From assembly GCF_006345805.1 (NCBI RefSeq), contig NW_021833726.1:1-64000 (forward strand): a DNA stretch of 64,000 nt. Reading direction: 5' to 3'. Within the stretch, counting starts at the first letter, position 1. Each line of letters starts with the position of its first letter. Shown one piece after another: positions 52,345-63,762 of the stretch. Both the position numbers and the translations under genes were made by a program. The DNA is from Octopus sinensis. Taxonomy: Eukaryota. Under the pieces are notes generated by a model. That model worked only from the letters and a program-made list of their open reading frames with translations. It was not told the DNA's origin and made no database searches.

Positions 52345-52472
52345 TTATTTTATAGAAGGAGCTTCTACAGGACTAGAACTGTTTCATTCAAAAGAAATCA
52401 TCAGGAAGCTTCCTGATGATTTCTTTTGAATGAAACAGTTCTAGTCCTGTAGAAGCTCCTTCTATAAAATAA
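52345..52472. ncRNA. Perfect 128-bp palindrome encoding one type I hammerhead on each strand
   Basis: AGCTTC-CTGATGA(52413)-T TTC TTTT GAA T-GAAA-CAG TTCTAGTC CTG-TA-GAAGCT; identical on the minus strand. Confidence 0.75.
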
Positions 52473-52528
52473 CTATATCTATAATATATATATATATATA
52501 TATTATAATATATATATAATATATATAC

Positions 52529-52563
<35 letters not shown>

Positions 52564-52570
52564 CGTACGT

Positions 52571-53680
52571 ATACAGGCTGGCCAAAAATATATATACACA
52601 CATTAACAGCTGATAATTCAATTTTCATTTCGTTTTAGGTTTAACCCAGTTGAAATAGTGAAGGAGCCAGACTAAGCTTTGAAGAAAGGAAATTTTTCCA
52701 AAAGTACGACTGGAAGTTTGAAAAAGTAAACTAAGTGCTGAGAAGTTTGGAAAGGAATTTCAAAGAGACCTAACTGTTTACAATCCTACCGCTCGAATTA
52801 GAGATAGATTTGAAGCGGGTGGAACTGTTCAGAAAGTTCATAATAAACGTTTCGGGTGACTGCACACATCGACTAACCTCACAAAGCAAAAAAAACATAT
52901 TTTGTGCAGTAAACAAGTCACGAGACAAGAATTTCAAAATCAAACGTCCATTTCATTCCAAGTGACGTCATTGGAAAAGGTACATTCATAGAATAATCCG
53001 TGTTCTTTGGAAAGAGGATCTGGACCGATGACCGAAGTCTTACGAGTAATACTTGGCAAGCTGTATAGAAAAAATCACATTTGATAACAAAGATTGTTTT
53101 GGTGTAAAAAGGCTTAAATTAAATGACTTGTTTTACCTCCACATTTGCACCCTCTGAGACCAGTGGACCTATTATTTATGGAGGAATGTTCATGTTAATT
53201 TGCCAAGAGCTACAGTATGGTACGGCTTATAAAAAATAATTAATTGGACAATTAATTTGTTATATTACTCTCACCCCTCCCATTTACTGGAACTTAATGC
53301 GACAACCTGTCATGTCAAACATTTGAGAGAACTTTGATGTGGTGTTTTATTTCCATTAAGACAGGGCACCTCCATACTACCAGAGAAATATAAAGGCGTA
53401 CATTGATGAAATTCTACCAAAAAGGTGGATCGAACGAAGGGGTTCAGCAGAAATAAACATCATCACGTTCACTGGATCTCTCACAACTCAACTTTTTATG
53501 GTAATACTTAAAATTTAAATATTACGAACAAATCCGGCAAATGTCGACGAATCGAAGGAAATTATAGAAAAAGAATGCACACAAATATCAAACCAAATGC
53601 TTCCTGATGTTTGCCATCCCGTTGCTTCATGTTACCATCAGTGCTTGTTTGAAAACAGGCGTCCATATATGTATCAAGTT
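52571..53680 (+). mobile_element. Degenerate IS630-Tc1-mariner transposon with DUF4817-like N-terminus
   Basis: TA-CAGGCTGGCCAAAA end; LSFEERKF..RDRFEAGGTVQKV; FH*DRAPPYY..DEILPKRWIERRGS..RSLDL. Confidence 0.75.
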
Positions 53681-53744
53681 CTGTCTGTAGAGTCTTTAAA
53701 ATGTTTGAAAATTAAATTTATTTTGACAAACACTGACTTCATAA

Positions 53745-54095
53745 TCCTTGGTAAGTAGCTTGCTTCGCAACCACATGGTTCTGGGTTTAGTCCCATTGCG
53801 TGGCACCTTGGGCAAGTTGCTTCTACTTCAAAGTCTGTGAGAGGATTTGGTAGACGGAAACTGAAAGAAGCCCGTCGTATATATATGTGTGTTTGTCCTC
53901 CGCCCCTACCATCGCTTGACAACCGGTGTTGGTGTGTTTATGTCACCGTGAACTAGCGTTTCGGCAAAAAATACCGATAGAATAAGTTATAGGGTATAGA
54001 GAAAGAACGTCCTGGGGTCTATTTGTTCGACTCAACCCCTAAAGGTGGTGCTCCAGCATTGCTGCAGTCAAATGACTGAAACAAGTAAAATAATT
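53745..54095 (+). mobile_element. Full-length tRNA-headed SINE
   Basis: GGTAAGTAGCTTGCTTCGCAACCACATGGTTCTGGGTTTAGTCCCA head to CAGTCAAATGACTGAAACAAGTAAAA tail. Confidence 0.85.
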
Positions 54096-54124
54096 AAAGA
54101 ATATATATATGTTTGGAACACACT

Positions 54125-54171
<47 letters not shown>

Positions 54172-55299
54172 TGAGAGAGAAAGAGAGAGTGTGGTGTGTA
54201 TGTGTGTGCATGCGTATGTATACATATACACATATGTGCCTATATATACACATATACAGACATACGTCACTGTCAACGCTTTCTTTGTAAAAGTTTAATA
54301 AACATTTACTCTACTAGAAGCATCGAGTAATCTTTCAGTTTAATGTTAAATTGTTTTTATTTATAACTTGACATTAAAACAAACATTTACACACACATAC
54401 ACACATACAAAGGCATACCCATACTCGCATACACACACATATATCGTACACACACATAGAAATATAACTTGATGATCGATCCCAGCTTCCAGCTTGTTAG
54501 TAATTACAAGTGATTATTTTATGAACTACTGGAAGGCGTAAAGTCGGAGTCGACGTAATATGACTGAAATACCTTAAAATAGAAAAAATGCGTTCCATAA
54601 TTAATGTTGGTTTTGGAAACGTTTGTTCGTGATATTATAAATTGGAACAATAAATTCAGCACCCTTAATTGTAAATGATTTGTTGATTTCTTCTAAAATC
54701 AATATTGTATCCATCTAGAAGCCTAATTAATCAGCTAGACGTATTTCTTTTAGCCACGTGTTTCGCTAAGCCGACGCCGTTTACCACAATCGTGTTTGAA
54801 ATCTGCTTCTACGTTATATGAACTTTATGTCGTGAAACCGTTGCTAAAACAGTGGCTAAATAACTTCAAGTATCTCCAACCTATTCAAACAAAGTAGCAC
54901 ACATAGCATAATGTAGTTATGGGTACACGTTAAGATGGGATGGTCGTGGACGGAATGGTCTTGATCAAAGTTCTGTTGGAAAAAAGTAAGATGAGGCTAA
55001 AGAGAAACATGACTTAGGCATAGAGAATAAACATCATATATATATCTTGTCAATGCTTCCGAAAGATGTTGGCACGTACATCATAGGTAATCCATAATAT
55101 ATTCATAATTGAATGAATCTCCGGTTGATCACGATATTAATTTAATACTTTCTCATGAAAAGGAAAGCTTCATCCCATTATTTGGAAATATTTACAAGGT
55201 CATGGAAAGGTGCAACAAAATTTGGTCTTATTGTTCAATGATTAATTTCCTGAATATTACTTTCTATCATATATACTTACACATACGCACACGCATACA

Positions 55300-55349
55300 C
55301 ATATACAAACACACATATGCATATATATATATATATAATATATATATAG

Positions 55350-55383
<34 letters not shown>

Positions 55384-55493
55384 GTATGAATATGTGAGCG
55401 TGTTTGTGTACATGTATGTATGTATATGTGTATGTTTGTGTGGGTGTGTATATAATATATATACATACATATGTATACACAAACACTCACATG

Positions 55494-55536
<43 letters not shown>

Positions 55537-55810
55537 GCACTCATATACAGACGTACATTCCTACATGTGTGTGTGTGTCTGTGTCTGTGTATGTGTGAGT
55601 GTATGTGTGAGTGTATGTGTGAGTGAGTGATTTGTAAAACATGACTGATTTCAACTTTTATCTTTCTCATTTTAGATTTTCGGTATTTTCTTAGTTTCTT
55701 TTTCACAGCTATTATAGAACAATGAGTGTATGTACACATACACACACATGCACGCGAACACACACGCGCGCACAAAGGCACACACACGCGTACGCATACG
55801 CGCACACACA
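55300..55810. repeat. (TA)/(TG)/(CA) compound low-complexity region
   Basis: Directly visible. Confidence 0.85.
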
Positions 55811-57484
55811 TATATATTAGACGAAAATGAGCCAAGCTAAACAAGTGACCGTAGTTAGAGGTATATATTTAAAAACAACAGGCAAATGTGGATAAATCAA
55901 ATTAACTCGTGATAAATTCTTGATTCTTAGACATTACCTCCACATCTAGGGAATGTATAGCAAACGTTTGAGGCCAACTGGTACCAATGTTTAGCGAGAA
56001 GGGGAGCTAATATCAAGAATCAAGTATCTTCCAAAACTGATAAACTATTAGAGACAAGGCAGATTGATTGGCTGAAGACAAGTGAAGAGTTGTGGTCACG
56101 TGTTTCTGCCTCAATTGGTGGTACTTCAAGTGATTCCGGATTGCTGTGAAACTCGCTGATATAGATGACAGTTTATTTATGATATAAACCGTATCTACTG
56201 ATTTATAATCAATTACATCGCCATGAATGTTAATTAAAAATGTAAATAGGGATACTGAGGTTGTGAATTCGATGATTATTTCCACTTCTAGTTTTTGCCA
56301 GTCACATGTCAGCTCACCAGAGAAAAAGCCCAAACTGAACTTTGTGTTGCAGTCTATGATATGTATACACAAACACTCACATGTATATATATATGTATGT
56401 ATATATATAAATATATATATATATGCACTCATATACAGACATACCTTCGTGGATAGATAGTGTTTCTCTAGTGCCACATCGAAGAGCTTGTGTTGTGGTC
56501 AAAATTTTCTCGAAATGAAAAAGCTCACTACGCCTGTGCTTTGAAGGTAACCAACAATATCTCATACGCTTCTCTACTATTTGATTTGTCGATTTAATTA
56601 CATATACCAATACATCTTTCAGTAAATATTAATATATGATTCAAAAACACAATACTCTACCACAGTAAGGTAATCTCAGATATATATGAAAACTAAGGTT
56701 ATACTTAAAATATTCCACGTGATTTAGGAATAACTGTAATTAAACACAGGGTCGAGTAACAGCAGATTCACCGCAGACTTTACATTAAACGCTGTGAGTC
56801 TTATCCACAAAATTACACATTCTTTTGCAATGAGAAAAATTATCTTCAAACTAGGGATGGGAACCAAGTTTGCTTCAGTTTATCCAAACTAAATAATTGG
56901 ATGTTTGGAAAAAAAGTGAATCAAATAGTAGAGGAGAACTATGGCACTGACTTTAGAAGGTATATAAAGGACGTATGAAAAAATATCTTGGTGATTCCAA
57001 ATTTGAACAAAATTTGTAGATATTTTGGAAGAATTCTGCGTCCTTCTGAACAATCTAAATCCAACTTGGAAATTCACAAAGGAGATGAGCAAACAAAATA
57101 ACCATTCCTCGATATAAAAGTACAGTACATACAAAGCGTAATACAAACTGGTCAGTATATCAACACAAAAGTCGAAGAATATTACAAAATGTAAATATGA
57201 AGTTTAAAAGAAGAAATCTCATCTACTTCACAAAACATTCGAATTCTGAAGAAATACATATTGATCAGACAGAAAATTCATTATCAGAACACACGGCAAT
57301 ACATTCGCAGCAAATTAGGGACGCTACTGTCTGTCAGATTGCAATCATTTACAAACGTAATAAAATGTTCTTAATGTACCTATTCTACAATCTTTATGGT
57401 TCGAGTGAAGTTAGAAGAGGAATGAGTAATTATATTGACAAATATGAGTGGGCAACAACAATAACAACAACAATAATAATAATG

Positions 57485-57545
<61 letters not shown>

Positions 57546-57550
57546 TGATG

Positions 57551-57585
<35 letters not shown>

Positions 57586-57624
57586 GAAGAAGAAAAAGAA
57601 GAACAACAACAGCAACAAAAAAAC

Positions 57625-58913
57625 TACTAATATCCAAGAACGTGCATCACCCAAAGGTAGACGTTGATCGTCTGTACCTACCCAGAAGTAATGGAGGAAG
57701 AGGAATGATGCAGGTAGAACTGTGCTATTAGACCTCCACAATAGCAATGAACAGGTAAGAGAGGAGGCTGCGGCTTGTGTGCAAACACAAAAATAGCAAA
57801 AAATCGCATTCGATTGTCAAAGAAGCTAGCAAATTCGCAAGGGAACTTGGTATTAGCTCTGAAATAGTTGATGAACCTGAAACCCCTGCCACAAAACAGG
57901 CAAAATGTATCAAGTAGACTGCAAAAAAAAAAAAAAAGATCTAGCAGAAACAAATTGAGGAGCGGTGGAGCCAGAAGCCTCTGAATGGTCAGTATATACT
58001 TCGAAGTCGAAATGCTGATGTTGACCAAGTAACAACCCATCAGGGGCTGAGAAGTTCAGGACTGAAAGCAGAGACTGAAGGTTTCATATTAGCAGCACAA
58101 GATTAAGGCTTGCTAGCAAAAAAACTACCACGTTAACGTTTTTAAAAACGTTTCTGACCCTATGTGCAGATTCTGTGACACATTTGACGAAACAATAGAC
58201 CATCTCGTTTCGGGATATCCTGTGCGGACACCATACGAATACAAATATCGCCACGATAGGGTAGGACATTGGAAAATATGCAAACACTACAAAATCACCA
58301 CTCCTACTTACCGGTATGAACATCATCCTGAGCCAGTTGTTGAAGGTAAAAATGTCAATATCCTCTGAGTCTTTCCAGTCAACACTGACAGAATGACCCA
58401 GGCTAATCGACCAGACATAATTATTGAAGACAGGGAAGAAAACACTTAAAGGTTAATAGATGTAAGTGTTCCCACTCATAAAAATACATCTGTCTCGGAA
58501 TTTGACAAACTGAGTAAATATAACGACCAGGAAATTGAAATACAAAATATGTGGCATCTTAAAGCAAGAACTGGTCCTGTTATTGTACGTGACTTAGGTA
58601 TGATAAAAAAAGGATGTCAGAAACATCTAGATAAGATCCCAGGAGAACCATGTCTCAGAGAAATTCAAAAGATTGTGCTGACAAGTACTGCCCACATTCT
58701 TTAAAAAAAACCTTATCTATGTAAATATCTGTGTTGTATTATATGAATATATTTCGCTACTGCCCCTGCCCTATCCCCTCCCTAAGTTGTCAGTCAAGCG
58801 GCAACATCTCTTATTCTTCACTCGCCCTAGGACGCTGGGTGTGTCTCGGTAACTAATTGTAACAAACATGCAAATTAAAAGTAAAAACAACAACAACAAC
58901 ACACAAAAACAAC

Positions 58914-58915
<2 letters not shown>
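57625..58915 (+). mobile_element. 5'-truncated Dong element between (AAT)n arrays
   Basis: HHPK.DVDRLYLPRSNGGRG, GLKAETEGFILAAQD, CRFCDTFDETIDHLVSG, NRPDIII..LIDVSVP, LREIQKIVLTSTAHIL; (AAT)n at 57455-57585 and 58915-58974. Confidence 0.9.
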
Positions 58916-58974
<59 letters not shown>

Positions 58975-58975
<1 letters not shown>

Positions 58976-59780
58976 GTTTTGGTTCAATTTCCACCGATCA
59001 ACCTTTTAAGGTTGCAAAAAATGTCGCTAGCCTTGCTTATATTCTGTCGCAGATTACCTTTTTCCTATTTTTTATGTCATCATTAGTATCATTGTCTTCT
59101 TCCAAACTATCTATATGTCTCTCATTCAGCTAGCTATCGCCGTTCCTTTCCTGTGCTTTATAAGAGATTTCACCTCTGTTTTCTGCTATGAGATTACTTT
59201 TACTCGTCTTTTGATAGCTTCGAGCTCTACTTCTGTGAACGAAAGATTTTTTTAATGCTCTAGCATGATCTCATAATCTCTGTTCCGTGAGTTGAAGCAA
59301 TCCTCTTTCTCACTATTGATCATACATATGTCGTCGGTTTCCCCTAATATGAATACCAATTTCCTATACAGGGTTCTTCAGATAATAACACTCCATGACC
59401 AAAGCATTGACTTGTTTGTTCCATCTACGCCATGTGTGTTGGTCTCTTGCTGGATAACGACAGGCTGGGCTCGGACGAGTATCTCTGACCTGCCAGGTGC
59501 AACACTGTCACCATCAAGGGCTTCAGTTTCATTACTACCGTTATTCACAATATTTTGTTTTTTCATTGTCACTCATATGAGGTGGAGATTATCAGGTTGT
59601 GCACTTACCAGTGTTTTTATTGTAATCCCATCACTAGATGGATCATCAATCAGGACATAGGGAGATTCCAACCACTTCCTTTCATTATTATTATTATCTT
59701 CACCGATATTATTATTTTCATTTTTTTTCTATCTGTCATTGTTAATATTTCCTCTGATCCGATATGAGTTGTGGCTTAAT
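58975..59780 (-). mobile_element. Dong 5' region (5'UTR and ORF N-terminus), 3' part missing
   Basis: Minus strand WRRWNKQVNALVMECYY..TEQRL*DHARAL..TEVELEAIKRR, the R4/Dong N-terminal motif; (TAA)n upstream at 59780-59900. Confidence 0.7.
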
Positions 59781-59821
59781 TATTATTGCTATTGTTGTTG
59801 TTGTTATTATTATTATTATTA

Positions 59822-59852
<31 letters not shown>

Positions 59853-59900
59853 GTTGGTGTTGTTGTTGTTGTTGTTATTATTATTATATTATTATTATTA

Positions 59901-60380
59901 TTGAGTGAGAGAGCAGTGCATGCCATCAAAGTGACACTGGGGTAAAATATACGAAGCCCAATATACCCATCATGACTACCCGTCTGATAAAGTACACCAG
60001 GCACATGCATCACAACCATATGTGCGCGACATGGTGATCTCATATCAAGATAAACAGCACATGACCTTGCAGGTGGGGCCCAGTTAGATTTTCTTCAGGT
60101 TGAGTAGCCCATCCCGCTCAAAAGTCCCTGAATAAGGGTTGTTTAAGGATGTTGAAAGAACCACCCATGTTTCCAGAGGTGAATTATTAAAACCTCCAAG
60201 AATCCCTCTCAACACATGGCTATGATGCTCCCCCACTACATCTGCTCGTGATCAGAGATGCACATATCGTCAGCCCCTAAGGGACATGCTCAACTGGTTA
60301 CGGTCAAACAACTGACAAGCAAATCTGTGGTATTGAGCAGAATATTTGCTGTAGCCCATCTTTTATACCAAGACAAAACG
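59901..60380 (-). mobile_element. Third copy of the (TAA)-tailed retroposon, 5'-truncated
   Basis: Reverse complement of 5161-5655. Confidence 0.82.
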
Positions 60381-60492
60381 GTATTGAGCAGAATATTTGC
60401 TGTAGCCCATCCTTAGGTATTGAGCAGAATATTTGCTGTAGCCCATCTTTGGTATTGAGCAGAATATTTGCTGTAGCCCATCTTTGGTATTA
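60329..60492. repeat. Four copies of GGTATTGAGCAGAATATTTGCTGTAGCCCATC (32 bp)
   Basis: Starts at 60329, 60380, 60416 and 60451; partial GGTATT at 60486. Confidence 0.95.
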
Positions 60493-60963
60493 TTATTATT
60501 ATTATTATTTGTATTTATTATTAAATGGTATTATTAAATGGTGTTCAGTTTCAATTTTTCTCTTGTACTTGAGATAATCATAAATATGTGAGGGTTGAAG
60601 GGAATAGTAGGAGGAAGAGAAGTTGCTTAGTGACTAGAACAAATTCTACAGGTCTGTAAATAGATTCGGCAGATGGTGGGGTGGGGTCAGCAATGGGCAT
60701 TCCTGTGCGATAAGGAAACAAAAGCGGCCTCACATCCTTGGGGTCAACAGAGGTCAAATGTGTTTACTACTACTAACGATCAATGAGAGCGCTGACCATG
60801 GACTTGAAAAGAACCAATTCACCTTGATCTATTTTTAATTACTGATAGAATAATATATATATATATTGATAGAAATGGTAAGACAACAAAAGAAAAGAAA
60901 GGGACCTCGATATTGTGTAAATAGAAGAATTTATCTATAACTATGATATGTGACAATTATTCG

Positions 60964-61140
60964 GTAGCCATGATAAAACTCCGAGTTTCGGATGTTGGGG
61001 TGGAAACCCACGCCAGCATCTCTTCAGTTATCCGGCCATCAGTCATTTTCATAGCACTTTTTCGATGGCCGGATAACTGAAGAGATGGCGGCGTGGGTTT
61101 CCACCCCAACATCCGAGACTCGGAGTTTTATCATGGCTAC
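60964..61140. ncRNA. Inverted pair of hammerhead motifs (77-bp arms, 23-bp spacer)
   Basis: Minus strand: GATAA-CTGAAGA-GATG..CATCC-GAAA-CTC G GAG-TT-TTATC; the plus copy has GAGA for GAAA. Confidence 0.7.
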
Positions 61141-61238
61141 AGAATAATTTACACATTATATTTACAGATACATACATACACATACACACACATACACACA
61201 CACACACAGACACACACAGACACACACACACACACACA

Positions 61239-61269
<31 letters not shown>

Positions 61270-61270
61270 C

Positions 61271-61355
<85 letters not shown>

Positions 61356-61569
61356 GATGTTCACATCGTTGAATCTTGAATTTCTGAACTCTTCTTTTTG
61401 TAGTTCTTTTCTTTTTATAAGTTTTGCTGCGGTTTACAGTTTTTGTAATTGTGCTGTTTGTATATATTGACAGGTGCTTACTGCTTAATTTTTCCTTATT
61501 ATTCGGGCAGTCAGAGAGAAAAGAAGGATAAAATCTTCAAACAAAATTGTAGATATTAAAGTTTTTACA

Positions 61570-61866
61570 AGACTAAACGTGATTTAAAACTGGAAACGGA
61601 GGCTCTAATCTGTGCTGTCTAAGAGCAAGCATTAAGAACCAATAACATCAAATACAGAAGAGACAACACATCAGAAAGTGATAAGTGTAGAATTTGTGGA
61701 CAAATGGTGAAACCGTATGGCATATTACCAGTCAATATACGCCACTAGCCCAGAAAGAATATGATACATCATGACAATATAATAAGGATTGTTCATTGGA
61801 TGCTTTGCAACAAGTATGGACTTGACGAGGAAAAAAAATTTGGTGCGAACATATATAATATATATA

Positions 61867-61897
<31 letters not shown>

Positions 61898-61967
61898 CGA
61901 AACACGATAATGCAAAGATCCTATGGGATTTTATGATTCAGTGCGACCATGAGAGAAAGAGAGAGAG

Positions 61968-62007
<40 letters not shown>

Positions 62008-62106
62008 TAGGAAACCAGATATAGTTTTGAGGAAGAAAGCAAACGATGCTGGATCATAAATATAGTATACCCAGCTGACAACAAGGTATGCGATAAGGAA
62101 GATAAG
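61570..62106 (+). mobile_element. Degenerate Dong fragment, same family as 22400-23610
   Basis: Colinear with about 22965-23435 apart from two microsatellite insertions. Confidence 0.88.
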
Positions 62107-62114
62107 GTAGGTGG

Positions 62115-62440
62115 CGTCACTCTTCCTGTACATGACCAAACGCAACGAGCTGAGACCATGTCTCATTACCTGTGATGGTGGTCTTCAGACCAGCATGTCC
62201 TAAGCGATTTTCATGCGGAGTTACTTCTGCTGCTCCGCCAGCACCTCGGAGACGAAATTTCGTCAACACACTCCGCATGCACAAGGCCTCCATTAAAACG
62301 GAATGCACTAATTCTGTGCTTACTCCAACATTGTAATCGATTTCATGGATTGTGACGCGATGGTCTTCCATAACTATTTGCTGAACCCTCTCAATCGGCT
62401 CCTCGTTTCATTTAATTTTCCACAATTCAATTGTTTTTCA
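62115..62440 (-). mobile_element. Mariner transposase fragment
   Basis: MEDHRVTIHEI..VGVSTELVHSVLME.L.M..V.TKF..ITGNETW. Confidence 0.75.
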
Positions 62441-62598
62441 TGCTTTGCACTTGAAAAAGTTGCATAGACTGAAACCGGTACTAAAATGTTCTTCCTGATA
62501 AAATTATTTTCGTATTTTCTACCTTGTCTTTTTCCTTATATATACATACATACAAACACACACACATACATAATACATACATACATACAAAGATATAT

Positions 62599-62644
<46 letters not shown>

Positions 62645-62645
62645 T

Positions 62646-62790
62646 GGAGTAAACACATAACGTGAAACAAGTGGAAAAAAGAGTACTCAAATACCAGTGG
62701 TAGAGTAATATGCTTTATTTGAGCAGCAGAAAATTCAACAAACCTGTTACTCTGAGTTTCCCGTTGCCGTTCATCGGACAGTTTCATTTT
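62646..62790 (-). mobile_element. (TA)n-tailed short element, HHR family B
   Basis: Minus strand CTGT-CCGATGA-ACGGCAACGG-GAAA-CTCAGAG-TA-ACAG (one core substitution). Confidence 0.75.
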
Positions 62791-62897
62791 AACCTATTTT
62801 CAATCATCTGTATAAATAATATATCTGCATATGTATGTATGTTATATATATATATATATATATATTAATATAGATATATATATATATATATATATAT

Positions 62898-63216
62898 ATT
62901 ATTACATTATATAAAAGGGCTTAGTAAAATAAATTACTTTGCCGCATACTGAACTCATTAGAAATAGCAGCTAAAAAAACTTTTTTAAAACTATTTCTAA
63001 TACTTAAAGAAAACCTCTCTCATATAGTGTTTGCTCAATTCAACTCACGCAAAATATCGCATATTTGCGTGAGTTGAATTGAGCAAAACTATATGAGAGA
63101 GGTTTTCTTCAAGTATTAGAAATAGTTTTAAAAAAGTTTTTTTAGCTCTATTTCTAATGAGTTCAGTATGCGGCAAAGTATTTATTTTACTAAGCCCTTT
63201 TATATAATGTAATAAT
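62898..63216. repeat. ~320-bp near-perfect palindrome abutting (TA)n
   Basis: ~160-bp arms, 3-nt centre CGC at 63058-63060. Confidence 0.9.
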
Positions 63217-63297
63217 TTGAATTCGCCTTAAATGGTCCCTTTGCATACTGAATACTTGGTGAAATTGATTAATAATTAATTTTACCCTCAATTGTTG

Positions 63298-63343
<46 letters not shown>

Positions 63344-63538
63344 GTATGACAAAGTTATTGACGATTCCCTTAAATCAGAGTTACGCATATTACTCCAGAA
63401 TATGCCATGACAATCTCATCGTCTCATAATACGTTATTATATATTCGAAAGTGCATTATTTCATATCAGTTTCACTTCGCATGGAAGAGAGTCTATATAA
63501 TGTATATAAGTAATGTCTCGATGTTAGTCTTCGGTTAA

Positions 63539-63762
63539 CCCATTAAGTCGCAGAGTACTTAAATATTTGAATATTAATTTTAAATTTATACAGACGATTG
63601 AAAATAGGTTAAAATGAAACAAATAATTATTAAAACTCCTTTACTTCAAGTACAAATGGAAATACTCGGTGTCCTATAAATAGGACACTGAGACAATGTA
63701 ATATAGCTTATCTAATGTTCTCATTTAGTGTCCTATTTATAAGGACAGTGGGACTTAATGGG
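63539..63762. mobile_element. piggyBac-type MITE
   Basis: TTAA-CCCATTAAGTC..GACTTAATGGG-TTAA; TTAA flanks at 63535 and 63763. Confidence 0.78.

Noticed and set aside
56013-56340. Helitron helicase-like fragment (GDVIDYKSVDTV..EF....LEVPP)
   Set aside because: Similarity is limited to a few residues and needs a frameshift; flanking motifs are absent.
60329-60492. CRISPR array
   Set aside because: The 32-bp repeats have 3-19-bp non-unique spacers, derive from an adjacent retroposon, and have no cas genes; the context is eukaryotic.
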